This document shows, piece by piece, positions 1-9,233 of a DNA stretch of 45,301 bases (position 1 is the stretch's first letter; each line of letters starts with the position of its first letter). The translations under genes and the position numbers were made by a program. Source of the DNA: Candidatus Heimdallarchaeota archaeon (GTDB lineage Archaea > Asgardarchaeota > Heimdallarchaeia > Heimdallarchaeales > Heimdallarchaeaceae). The notes under the pieces were generated by a model that made no database searches, was not told the origin of the DNA, and saw nothing but the letters and a program-made list of their open reading frames with translations. The stretch is from assembly GCA_016839945.1 (NCBI GenBank), contig JAEOTE010000092.1, positions 1-45,301 of the forward strand, written 5' to 3'.

Positions 1-536
1 AAATTAGTTATAAGTCTATTAACTTCTAGAGTTTCAACAAATTTCTTGATTTTGTTCAATAAAGAAATTATTAGGTTTCCAGAACCACAAGCTATATCTC
101 CAAAAAAATATTCATTGATTTTGCTGGATGTATCTACTAATTCTGGAAGGTGCTTTAAGAAATAACTATAAGATTTGTTTACAATAAAATTGGAAATAAA
201 TGATGGTGTATAGAATTGTCCTTTTTTCTTTGAAGCAGAAAGAGAAGTTTCGAGAAATGATAAATGGAAGGGAGTTAAATGAGTAGGTGAAAGATTTTCA
301 TCTAGCGAAAAGGAATATAGAGATACTATACTGTCAAAAGATTCTTTTGAATTTTCAAAATTATCTTTTATCTCTTTAGGACAAGTTTCTAGAAGGATAT
401 CTGATAAGGATTTATCTGGGGAAATCTGAAAAAGATTATCGAGAAGATAATACCAAATTACATTTGAATCTCCTATATCTCGATTTTCTTTTTTTAGTGA
501 AAAAAAAGGATATAATTGAGATTCTTTGATTTTCAA
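1..536 (-). CDS. N6-adenine DNA methyltransferase (N-6 DNA methylase / type IIG RM-like), 3' end outside the window
   Basis: Not in the ORF track. Manual minus-strand translation gives a frame open from a TTG at 536 to the window edge, containing KKKGQFYTPSFISNFIV and the SAM-binding motif I FGDIACGSGNL. Start uncertain. Confidence 0.8.
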   Translation of the reverse strand, partial: MKIKESQLYPFFSLKKENRDIGDSNVIWYYLLDNLFQISPDKSLSDILLETCPKEIKDNFENSKESFDSIVSLYSFSLDENLSPTHLTPFHLSFLETSLSASKKKGQFYTPSFISNFIVNKSYSYFLKHLPELVDTSSKINEYFFGDIACGSGNLIISLLNKIKKFVETLEVNRLITN

Positions 537-580
537 TAGGTAATAGTATTAAGCAGAAAATAAAAAGATTAGTATTAATA

Positions 581-1810
581 TTACAACGTTTCATGGTTAA
601 TAGAAAATTTCTTTTTCCTTTCAATTATTTCGATTATAAGAGATTCTAATTCTTCTATTTCTGGTTTAAAAAGGCTGATGAGACGTTCTTTTCCTCCTGT
701 CTCGATATCTTCTTCAATTTTTGTGGTTATGAGATCTCTATTTGAAAGTTCAAAGACACTTTCCCAAATTGTTTCAGCATATTCTGAACTCACATTAAAC
801 TCTTCACAAATTGATTTGTATAATTCAAAAATCTCAGAATCAATGATATAATCTGTATCTCTCCTCTTAAGCTCCCTAATAATTCCAAGCAATATTAAGT
901 TATGATGCAAAGTAAATGCGAGTAATTTTTCCTCTTCTGTTTCAGCAAGAATTAATCCTTTAGCTTCTCTCACATGATGTGGTTTAATAGGTGACATATT
1001 ATAATAATCTGCACATCGTCCAGCTCCCCAAAGAATTTCAATTGCAAAACTGGCTTTACCAGATTTAGAAGTTAAATCCGCGATAACTTCTGCGATTTCT
1101 GATGAAAAACAATAAGAACGTATGGCAATTTCAGCGCGAGAGTTTATTATATCCCTTAATTCATTTTTAGAATAGTGATTTAATGATATATGATTAGAAA
1201 GAAATTTCTTTTTTGTTTTATTATTAAAATGCTCAATAAATTTTAGATTTCTTTCAATGAAAATATACGAAATCCATTGATTTTTTGTCATTTTATTTAT
1301 TTTTAAAAGTGAATAGACTAAATCGATTCCTCTGCGGGAAATAAGATAATCGATTTCATCAATCACTAAAAGAATTTTCAGCTTATGAAGTTCTAGTAAT
1401 CTAACAAGTAAATGAATTAATTCCTTTGAAGAATAACCTCTAAGAAGTATTGTTTTATCCAATCTTCTCACAAGTGTACTCATTATTAAGAATGGACTTT
1501 TATAAACTCTACAATTGATATAGATAAAAAGAAAATCTCTCAACTTATATTGATTCTCTAATTGTTGCCCAAATCGTTTTGCCAAAACAGTTTTACCTGA
1601 TCCTGTAGGTCCAGAAATGGTAATTAATCTTAATGGACTAACATCTTCACTAAAAATGTTTTTGAAAAGATTTATTAATTTTTTGAGTTCTTCTTCTCTT
1701 CCTGGTAAGGAAGATGGGACATAGATTAATGATAATGTATTTTCATCTTTGAATACTGTAGGTTTCTTTTTTAGAGAATAGATACTATTTTCATTAGAAT
1801 TATCTTGCAA
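581..1810 (-). CDS. cdc6: Orc1/Cdc6 family AAA+ replication initiator, divergent paralog
   Basis: N-terminal VFKDENTLSLIYVPSSLPGREEE, Walker A GPTGSGKT, YINC, Walker B LLVIDEID, C-terminal winged-helix-like region. Confidence 0.9.
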   Translation of the reverse strand: MQDNSNENSIYSLKKKPTVFKDENTLSLIYVPSSLPGREEELKKLINLFKNIFSEDVSPLRLITISGPTGSGKTVLAKRFGQQLENQYKLRDFLFIYINCRVYKSPFLIMSTLVRRLDKTILLRGYSSKELIHLLVRLLELHKLKILLVIDEIDYLISRRGIDLVYSLLKINKMTKNQWISYIFIERNLKFIEHFNNKTKKKFLSNHISLNHYSKNELRDIINSRAEIAIRSYCFSSEIAEVIADLTSKSGKASFAIEILWGAGRCADYYNMSPIKPHHVREAKGLILAETEEEKLLAFTLHHNLILLGIIRELKRRDTDYIIDSEIFELYKSICEEFNVSSEYAETIWESVFELSNRDLITTKIEEDIETGGKERLISLFKPEIEELESLIIEIIERKKKFSINHETL

Positions 1811-1912
1811 TATACTCTCTTGATAATATAACTTTCATTATATAAAATTATTGAGAACTTAATTCTGATAAATACTTTATTCTAAATTTATCGAAAAAAT
1901 CTCATTGTTTAA

Positions 1913-2632
1913 TCATTTCAATCTTCTTTGCTCAATAATCGAAATAATGTTCATTATTATCATAATTTCCACAGTTAAAATTAAGAACAATATTATTATT
2001 AACTCTGTCCAAAATTCTGTTTTCACAAGAAAACTTTGAAATTTACCTTCCCATTGAATACTCATCCTAAATAGAAAAAATATAAATGACACTCCTGCTA
2101 AAACATAGAGAAAATAAGACAAATAATTCTTTTTTACATCATTATCATAAGTTATACCTGTAAAGATTAATGCTAAACTAAAGAAAAGCTCAATTGGTAG
2201 AATTATATTCAGATGACTGTTTTCAGTAAGTGAATTCTTCATGTAGAAAAAGAAAATAAGTGATCTATAGATACAGACATAGACAAAATATACAAACCAG
2301 CTTATTATTGCAAACAGTCTTGATACTTGTAACAATTCTTTCTTTCTATTAACCATTAATAGTGGTAGAATGATACATGTTATCCCAATTAAATATATAG
2401 CAACATAAAACGGATTAAAGAAAGCATTCAATTGTTCTGTACTCATTGTAAAATAATTATCATGATGAAGTAATGTAATCATTACATCTTCAAACATATA
2501 AAACCTGAAGAATCTAACATTTTGGATTACTAAATGAATTGAAAGAGAGAGAGAAGCTATACAATAAAAAACAATGATAATTATAGATTGAATAAAGTTC
2601 TTCTTTGTATCCAAATGATTGTCTCTTTCCAT
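1913..2632 (-). CDS. hypothetical integral membrane protein (~6 TM)
   Basis: 239-aa ORF with repeated hydrophobic segments and no recognised motif. Confidence 0.7.
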   Translation of the reverse strand: MERDNHLDTKKNFIQSIIIIVFYCIASLSLSIHLVIQNVRFFRFYMFEDVMITLLHHDNYFTMSTEQLNAFFNPFYVAIYLIGITCIILPLLMVNRKKELLQVSRLFAIISWFVYFVYVCIYRSLIFFFYMKNSLTENSHLNIILPIELFFSLALIFTGITYDNDVKKNYLSYFLYVLAGVSFIFFLFRMSIQWEGKFQSFLVKTEFWTELIIILFLILTVEIMIIMNIISIIEQRRLK

Positions 2633-2723
2633 TTCTTTCTCGTCATGTAAATCTAAAAATGAATTTAAAGCTTACTGCAATATTATAACAATTTAAAAAA
2701 ATGTGAAGAAGTGTTCAATAAAT

Positions 2724-4154
2724 CTAATCTTCTTCTAATTCTATTGTCTTCTTGTGCATTAGATGTCTTTCCCAATCAAAAGATATGTTTCCATCTTCAT
2801 GTTCAGTAAATGGAATATTCATTGATCCATAATCCGTAAGTAAATAGAAATCCATTACTTCAGGATCATCATTCTTAGGGATTAGTGGTGCTTCCCATTT
2901 CTGAGACCAGTCATCATTTATTAGAAATAGAACCAATCCTCTTTGTTCTATTGTACAAGTGATTGTTTTTTTGTAAGCTTCATATCTACCACAAAGTTTG
3001 CGATAATGTTTCTTCCTCTTATAATAAGGCATTTCTTCCTCTGGATCTTTTCCTAACAATAAAGCAAAAGCAGTTAGCATTAAATAAACTGGAGTCACAT
3101 GGACGTTCTGTAATTGCGCATAAGTAAGGTTTAATTCAGGAATAAAGCCAACATATCCTCCTGATACACCAGACATTCCACCATGATATATTAATTTATA
3201 ACCAAAGAAATTCTCAAAAATTCTCCAACCATACCCATAAGCTGGTTCGACTCCAGGGCAATAGTGAACATAGTTTTGTGGTAAGTTTTTGTTGTGAGTG
3301 TCCCACATCTCCTTAACAAGATTTTCAGCTAACACCCTCTTCCCATTGAATTCTCCACCATTTAAGTTACATTGAAGGTAATTAGTAATCTCTTCAACAC
3401 TTGAAATTAATCCACCAGAACCTGCAATAAAAGGTCCTGATAACAGATCTGTAGAGCTTCTTTCGATTCGTTTATCTTTAATTGCCAAATTAAAACCTCT
3501 TGATGAATCTTTATCTTTTTTTACATCCTCAAGAGAAAAAGTGCTTCTATTCATTTCTAGAGGTTCTAAAATATTTTCTTTTACATAATCTTCAAATGAT
3601 TTTCCACTAATTTTTTCAACAATTTGACCAAGTAAAGCAAAACCTCCATTCCAATAATAATATTTGGTGTTTGGAGGACTTCGTAGTGTAGATTTTGAGT
3701 CATTCACATGAAAATAAAAATCATCCCAGTTACCCAAAGGAAATTCTGGAGCTTTTGCTTTGACTAATTGTTGATTCATTTGTGAAAAATAAAAAGTCAT
3801 AAGCGAAGGAACACCAGAAGCATGACTCATTAGATGAAGAATCTTTATTGGATTGTCTTCAAAGCCGATATCTACTGGAAGATATTTTGAAATTGGATCA
3901 TTAATATCTAATTTGCCAGCTTCATGAAGCTGTAAAATAGCCATACAAGTTACAGATTTTGTTATTGATGAAACACCATAGAGTGTTTCCAAAGAAGCTG
4001 GTTTTACATCTCCTTTTTCTCTAAGTCCAAATGCTCTCTGATATATTGGTTCTCCATTCTGTGTTATTAAGACTGAAAATCCTGGGATTTTTTCATCCCT
4101 CATAACTTTTACAACTTCATGCTCATATTTTTCCTTGAAAAGCTTTAAATCCAT
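2724..4154 (-). CDS. serine hydrolase, beta-lactamase / D-aminopeptidase (CubicO/Pab87-like) family
   Basis: SxxK (SITK), LMSHASG, YxN (YWN), HGG motif and a C-terminal extra domain; no signal peptide. Confidence 0.88.
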   Translation of the reverse strand: MDLKLFKEKYEHEVVKVMRDEKIPGFSVLITQNGEPIYQRAFGLREKGDVKPASLETLYGVSSITKSVTCMAILQLHEAGKLDINDPISKYLPVDIGFEDNPIKILHLMSHASGVPSLMTFYFSQMNQQLVKAKAPEFPLGNWDDFYFHVNDSKSTLRSPPNTKYYYWNGGFALLGQIVEKISGKSFEDYVKENILEPLEMNRSTFSLEDVKKDKDSSRGFNLAIKDKRIERSSTDLLSGPFIAGSGGLISSVEEITNYLQCNLNGGEFNGKRVLAENLVKEMWDTHNKNLPQNYVHYCPGVEPAYGYGWRIFENFFGYKLIYHGGMSGVSGGYVGFIPELNLTYAQLQNVHVTPVYLMLTAFALLLGKDPEEEMPYYKRKKHYRKLCGRYEAYKKTITCTIEQRGLVLFLINDDWSQKWEAPLIPKNDDPEVMDFYLLTDYGSMNIPFTEHEDGNISFDWERHLMHKKTIELEED

Positions 4155-4191
4155 ATTATCACAGTCAGTTATGTTAATATATACACTTATA

Positions 4192-4256
4192 AAAGTAACG
4201 TATAGTTTATAACATTTTTGCTAAACATTAATTTATTTCCCGAAAATCTTATATAT
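4192..4256 (+). promoter_or_regulatory. dppA promoter: imperfect dyad ACGTATAG-N15-CTAAACAT, then BRE-like CCCGAAAA and TATA-like TTATATA
   Basis: 31/37 nt identical by hand to 6144-6180, in the same position relative to a CCCGAAAA + TATA-like element. Confidence 0.65.
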
Positions 4257-4279
4257 TCTTGAGAAATTATATGAATAGT

Positions 4280-4300
4280 CTTTGACATTTTGAGTCAAAG
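4280..4300. promoter_or_regulatory. perfect inverted repeat CTTTGAC-N7-GTCAAAG, candidate operator or 5'UTR hairpin
   Basis: Seen directly between the TATA-like box and the dppA start. Confidence 0.4.
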
Positions 4301-4325
4301 GTAAAAATAAAAGGAATGAAAAGAT

Positions 4326-6068
4326 TTGAATAAAAAATTGTTAGTAAGTGCAACATTTTTAACGCTAATCCTGATAGGAATGTCTCCTAGTTTAATGGTT
4401 TGGGGACAAGAACCTATCATTGGAGGAATTCTACATACTCCTCTTTCAGCTGACGCACATGCACTGAATCCATTCTCTTGGACAACAACTTATGAAGCTT
4501 ATATAATTTGGCACATATATGATCCTCTGGTACGAATGGACTTAGAAAATCAAGCATTTGCATGTATTGCTGAGAGTTGGTCACACAGTACCGACTATTC
4601 TGAATGGACATTTGTAATAAAAGACGATGTTTATTGGCATGATGGAAAAAAACTAACTGTTGATGACGTGTTTTGGACATACAATATGCTTTGGAATGAT
4701 ACTAACGTTCCAAGACGTAGTTGGCTTTTTGATGAGATAACAGATCTTCAGATTGTAGATAACACAATTGTTGTTTCATTTGGATGGGGACCAAAACCTG
4801 CAGACGTTCTTTATGATCTCGCAACTACACTCATAGTTCCTGAACACATTTGGGATGGTATAGACCTATATACATTCGCAAATGATGAACCAATTGGTAG
4901 TGGTCCATTTAAATTCGTTGAATGGGAAAGAGCACAATTCTTTAGATTGGAAACACATGACCAATATCAGTTCCCAATTTATGTTGATGGTAAAACAATA
5001 CCTATTATCAGCGAAGTTGAAGCCCAATTTTATGCACTAGCTGGAGGAGATATTGAAACAATGGCTAATCCTCCACCTGAATTAGAAGATGCAGCTGAAT
5101 TCTATAATTCCTCAGTTCACACAGCTCTTAATGATTACTGGGTTTACCTAGGAATGAATCAACGACGTTACCCAAATAATGTTACTGAATTTAGACAAGC
5201 TGTTTCGTATGGAATAGACCGTGACGAAATCGTTGAAATTATCAAATATGGTCGTGGTGCAGTAATGCCCGCTTCATGTAATTTACCATGGGGAACATAT
5301 TATAATCCAAGTGCTAAAACTTATCCTTACAATATAACTAAAACCATTGAAATGCTAGACGCTCTTGGGTGGACTGACACTAACGCTGATGATATCCGTG
5401 AAGATGGTCTTGGACAAGATTTAGAATTCGATGTTATAGTAAGTGCAGATGCTCAAGAATCTGTTGACACTGTTAAGTTCATTAAAACCTACCTTGAACC
5501 TGCAGGAATCAAAGTAAACGTAGTTCCAATCATTTGGGATGTTCTTTGGCAAACTGTTGGTGGACTTGGTCACATTGATCAAGACTATGATTATCCAGGC
5601 AAATATGATTATGACTGGGCAGTCCTAGGTTGGGTAGGTTTTTGGAGCGATTTCCATCCAAGCTCATTCTATTGGTTATTAAGTGCTGATAGATGGTGGG
5701 GATCAGATGATGTCAACATTCCAGGATGGAACAGTTCAGTTCGCTGGGAAGTAACAGACCTATGTAATGACACACTCTACTCAACAGATGACGCAGTTAT
5801 TGAAGCAAACATTGATTTAATACAAGAACTTGTTGCAGAAGATCTACCTTATGTACCATTACAAGTTAATGGTGGAACATACCTTTACAAAACAGATGAA
5901 TATAAAGGCTGGGAATTAGGTCCAACAGATGGTCCTGATAATTACTTCACTTGGCTAAGTATACAACTAATTAAACCACCAGAAGCTGGTCCAGGATTTC
6001 TTGCATTAGGTGCAATAATTACACTAGTAGTCAGTGTTGCCTTTGTAAGATACAGACGTAGAAAGTAA
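4326..6068 (+). CDS. dppA: peptide/nickel ABC transporter substrate-binding protein (family 5) with PGF-CTERM-like anchor
   Basis: Signal peptide, IYDPLV, WHDGKKLTVDDVFWT, PIGSGPFKF, FRQAVSYGIDR; C-terminus GPGF + TM helix + RYRRRK. Confidence 0.92.
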   Translation: MNKKLLVSATFLTLILIGMSPSLMVWGQEPIIGGILHTPLSADAHALNPFSWTTTYEAYIIWHIYDPLVRMDLENQAFACIAESWSHSTDYSEWTFVIKDDVYWHDGKKLTVDDVFWTYNMLWNDTNVPRRSWLFDEITDLQIVDNTIVVSFGWGPKPADVLYDLATTLIVPEHIWDGIDLYTFANDEPIGSGPFKFVEWERAQFFRLETHDQYQFPIYVDGKTIPIISEVEAQFYALAGGDIETMANPPPELEDAAEFYNSSVHTALNDYWVYLGMNQRRYPNNVTEFRQAVSYGIDRDEIVEIIKYGRGAVMPASCNLPWGTYYNPSAKTYPYNITKTIEMLDALGWTDTNADDIREDGLGQDLEFDVIVSADAQESVDTVKFIKTYLEPAGIKVNVVPIIWDVLWQTVGGLGHIDQDYDYPGKYDYDWAVLGWVGFWSDFHPSSFYWLLSADRWWGSDDVNIPGWNSSVRWEVTDLCNDTLYSTDDAVIEANIDLIQELVAEDLPYVPLQVNGGTYLYKTDEYKGWELGPTDGPDNYFTWLSIQLIKPPEAGPGFLALGAIITLVVSVAFVRYRRRK

Positions 6069-6085
6069 AGTTTAAAATACAAAAT

Positions 6086-6130
6086 TAAAGAAGAGAGTTG
6101 AAAGCTAAACTCTCTGGCTTTATTTTTTTT
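6086..6130 (+). terminator. hairpin plus oligo-T terminator downstream of dppA
   Basis: AGAGAGTT (6092-6099) / AACTCTCT (6108-6115) stem with 8-nt loop, extendable by TAAAG/CTTTA, followed by T8. Confidence 0.6.
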
Positions 6131-6143
6131 CAAAAAATAATTC

Positions 6144-6206
6144 AAAGTAATGTTTAGTTAGTAATATTTTTTCTAAACATATAGTTTTACCCGAAAAATT
6201 TAAAAA
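6144..6206 (+). promoter_or_regulatory. dppB promoter: perfect dyad ATGTTTAG-N15-CTAAACAT, then BRE-like CCCGAAAA and TATA-like TTTAAAAA
   Basis: Second copy of the element at 4192-4228; lies ~40 bp upstream of the dppB start. Confidence 0.65.
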
Positions 6207-6245
6207 TATTTTTGAATATTAAGGTTCAAAAGCGGTGTTTAGATA

Positions 6246-7238
6246 ATGGGTTTAAGAGGATATATAGCTAAAAAACTATTTTTTGCAGCTGTTGCTTTTT
6301 TTGTAGCAATTACAATTGTTTTCTTTCTATACCATGTTATACCAGGAAATCCAGCGAATATATTTGCAACCGATAGAACTGTTAATCCTGATCAAAGAGA
6401 TGCATTACTTGAAAGATGGGGGCTAAATGAACCTTTATGGAAGCAATATGGTATTTTTTTGAGGAATTTATTTCAAGGAGATCTTGGGTTCTCATATCTT
6501 CAAAAAATGCCTGTTACAGATGTTATTGGTGAATCTCTTCCTTGGACGCTTCTACTACTTGGAACGTCTTTTGTTTTAAATGCAGTTATAGGAATCTTTC
6601 TTGGAGCGTTTGTTGCATGGAGAAGAGGATCCAAATTAGATACAGGATTTGTATTAACATACAATTTCTATAATGCTATTCCTTTGTTCTTTGTAGGAAT
6701 GCTTTTTATTGCTTTATTTAGTTTCTATGTTCGAAAATGGGGATGGGGATTCTATTTTCCTGCATATGGAGCACAAACAGCAGGATCTTCGGAATGGGGA
6801 TTCTTTCCTCGTTTAGTAGATATTCTCTGGCATTTAGCTCTACCACTGACGGTACTAACTATAGCAGGTATTCTAGGTTGGTCATGGTTCATGCGAGGAA
6901 ATCTAATAAATATACTAACTGAAGATTATATTAAAACAGCAAGAGCCAAAGGATTAAATGAAAACCAAGTTTTGTATAAGCATGCTTTCAGAAATGCTAT
7001 CCTTCCAGTTGTTACTAACATAGGAATGAGTATAGGAGGATTAATTGGCGGAGCAGTTTTAATTGAAACGGTATTTTCATATCCAGGAACGGGAAGAATG
7101 CTCTATGAAGCACTCATTAGACACGATTATCCTCTAGTTCAAGGGGCATTTATAATCATATCAGGTTTGACTTTACTTGGATTGTTGATAGCAGAGATTA
7201 TTTATGGATTCATAGATCCAAGGATAAGAACAGAATAG
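6246..7238 (+). CDS. dppB: peptide ABC transporter permease
   Basis: GLNEPLWKQY, GDLGFS, EAA loop EDYIKTARAKGL, HAFRNA, ETVFSYPGTG, DYPLVQG, DPRIR. Confidence 0.93.
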   Translation: MGLRGYIAKKLFFAAVAFFVAITIVFFLYHVIPGNPANIFATDRTVNPDQRDALLERWGLNEPLWKQYGIFLRNLFQGDLGFSYLQKMPVTDVIGESLPWTLLLLGTSFVLNAVIGIFLGAFVAWRRGSKLDTGFVLTYNFYNAIPLFFVGMLFIALFSFYVRKWGWGFYFPAYGAQTAGSSEWGFFPRLVDILWHLALPLTVLTIAGILGWSWFMRGNLINILTEDYIKTARAKGLNENQVLYKHAFRNAILPVVTNIGMSIGGLIGGAVLIETVFSYPGTGRMLYEALIRHDYPLVQGAFIIISGLTLLGLLIAEIIYGFIDPRIRTE

Positions 7239-7246
7239 AGGTATTA

Positions 7247-8173
7247 ATGATGGCAACAATGCTTAATAAAAATAATATAATGCGTCGCTTCAAAAGATGG
7301 AACAAGTCATGGAAAGTCTTCAGTAGAAATTGGATGGGTGTTTCAGGCTTAATTATAATGCTATCACTAGTAACATTAGCAATCTTCGCTAAACAAATTG
7401 CTGGATATCATGTTGATGATAGAGATTCTGAAAACATTTTCCAACCACCGGTAGAAGGACACATTTTAGGAACTAATCGTCATGGCAATGATATTTTTTC
7501 CATACTATTGAATAGTCTTGGGATATCCTTAGCAGTAGGTGTAGTAGCTGGTAGTTTAACTGTAATATTAGGAACTACTATAGGAGTTGCGAGTGCATAC
7601 ATTGGCGGGAAATTTGACACTATAGTTATGCGGATAACAGACATAGTTTTGGTAATTCCTGCTTTACCTTTGATGCTTCTCCTAGCATCATTAGTCCCAT
7701 TAATTGTTGATAAACTTTCTTGGTTAGATACCATTCCTTGGTGGTCTATCATTGCATTTGTTTATGTTGTAGTGTTCTGGCCAGTTTCTGCAAGATTAAT
7801 TCGAGGACAAGCACTATCACTTAAACATAGAGCATTCATTACTAGTGCTAAATCTGCTGGTGCTGGAAATGGATATATTATATTCAAACACTTATTACCT
7901 AATGTCTTTCCATTAATGCTTACAATGATTATAACATCAATGAGACAGGCAATTCTATATGAAGCTTTCCTCTCATTTCTTGGGCTAGGAGATCCTTCAA
8001 ATTGGAGTCTTGGTAAGATGTTAAGTGTGGCTCAACAACAAGCTTCACTAGCTACAGGAGCATGGTGGATGTATCTCCCAGCAGGTATAGCTATTGCTCT
8101 CACAACTCTCAGTTTTGCTTTCATTGGAATTGCTTTTGATGAAATTGTAAACCCTCAATTAAGAAGGAGATAA
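7247..8173 (+). CDS. dppC: peptide ABC transporter permease
   Basis: HILGTNRHGNDIFS, MRITDIVL, ARLIRGQ, KHLLPNV, LSFLGLG, NPQLR. Confidence 0.93.
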   Translation: MMATMLNKNNIMRRFKRWNKSWKVFSRNWMGVSGLIIMLSLVTLAIFAKQIAGYHVDDRDSENIFQPPVEGHILGTNRHGNDIFSILLNSLGISLAVGVVAGSLTVILGTTIGVASAYIGGKFDTIVMRITDIVLVIPALPLMLLLASLVPLIVDKLSWLDTIPWWSIIAFVYVVVFWPVSARLIRGQALSLKHRAFITSAKSAGAGNGYIIFKHLLPNVFPLMLTMIITSMRQAILYEAFLSFLGLGDPSNWSLGKMLSVAQQQASLATGAWWMYLPAGIAIALTTLSFAFIGIAFDEIVNPQLRRR

Positions 8174-8177
8174 TACT

Positions 8178-9233
8178 ATGGCACTACTTGAAGTAAAAAA
8201 TCTTAAGACGTACTTTCATACAAGAGCAGGTTCAGTTAAAGCTGTTGATAATGTAAGTTTTAAACTAGGAAAAGGAGAAGTTCTTGGACTAGCAGGTGAA
8301 AGTGGTTGTGGAAAAACAACCACTTGTTTATCGATAATGCAAATGATTGACTTTCCAGGGGAGATCATGGAAGGTCAAATTATATACGAAAATGCATTCG
8401 AAGTTATTACAGAAAATCCAAGTAAGAGTTTTCGAGATAGAATCTTTAATAGAAACGTAGAGAATAAAAAACGAACTAAAAACCTACTTGAGTTTTCAGA
8501 AGCTGAGATGAGAAGTATAAGAGGCAATCATATATCTATGGTTTTTCAAGGAGCAATGAATGCACTAAATCCTGTACACAGAGTAGGTAATCAGATTCAA
8601 GAGGTTTTAAACATACATGAACCAGAATTGGAAAAAGACGAAGCTTGGGATAAAGTTATCGATATTCTTGAAACTGTTGGTATAGATTCAGTGAGAGCTA
8701 GAGATTATCCTCATCAACTCAGTGGAGGAATGAAACAAAGAGCTCTTATTGCGATGGCTTTAGTCAATAATCCCGATATAGTAATTGCAGATGAACCTGT
8801 TACTGCGCTTGATGTAATTGTTCAAGCTCAAGTTCTTAAAGCTACTAAAGAATTACAGAGAAAATTTGATTTATCTATGATAATGATAACCCATGATTTA
8901 TCAGTAATAGCTGAAGTATGTGAAACTCTAGCTATAATGTATGCTGGGAAATTAGTTGAGTATGGAGATCTTCGAACATTGTTTAAAGAACCCTTCCACC
9001 CTTATACTCAAGCCCTAATCAATGCCTTTCCAAGCATAGCAGGTCCAAAGAAAGATTTGTATGACATTGGTGGATTTCCTCCTGATTTACGCAATCCACC
9101 TTCAGGGTGTCGATTCCATCCTAGATGCTCTAAAGCGATGCCAATATGTAGTAAAAAAGAACCTTCAAACACTCCTATCAAAAATGGTTATGTCGCTTGT
9201 TGGTTATATGAAGAGGAGGAAAAGAGAAAATGA
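8178..9233 (+). CDS. dppD: peptide ABC transporter ATP-binding protein
   Basis: GESGCGKT, signature LSGGMKQR, Walker B IADEP, ITHD, C-terminal PPSGCRFHPRC...VACW domain. Confidence 0.95.
   Translation: MALLEVKNLKTYFHTRAGSVKAVDNVSFKLGKGEVLGLAGESGCGKTTTCLSIMQMIDFPGEIMEGQIIYENAFEVITENPSKSFRDRIFNRNVENKKRTKNLLEFSEAEMRSIRGNHISMVFQGAMNALNPVHRVGNQIQEVLNIHEPELEKDEAWDKVIDILETVGIDSVRARDYPHQLSGGMKQRALIAMALVNNPDIVIADEPVTALDVIVQAQVLKATKELQRKFDLSMIMITHDLSVIAEVCETLAIMYAGKLVEYGDLRTLFKEPFHPYTQALINAFPSIAGPKKDLYDIGGFPPDLRNPPSGCRFHPRCSKAMPICSKKEPSNTPIKNGYVACWLYEEEEKRK

Noticed and set aside
436-624. 62-aa minus-strand ORF
   Set aside because: Overlaps both cdc6 and the MTase frame and has no motif; not called as a separate gene.
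1811-1912. Replication origin next to cdc6
   Set aside because: AT-rich, but no ORB-like boxes or G-strings visible and only 102 bp long.
2724-4154. Antibiotic-resistance beta-lactamase or true NylB
   Set aside because: No signal peptide and features of archaeal CubicO/D-peptidases; the fold alone supports neither call.
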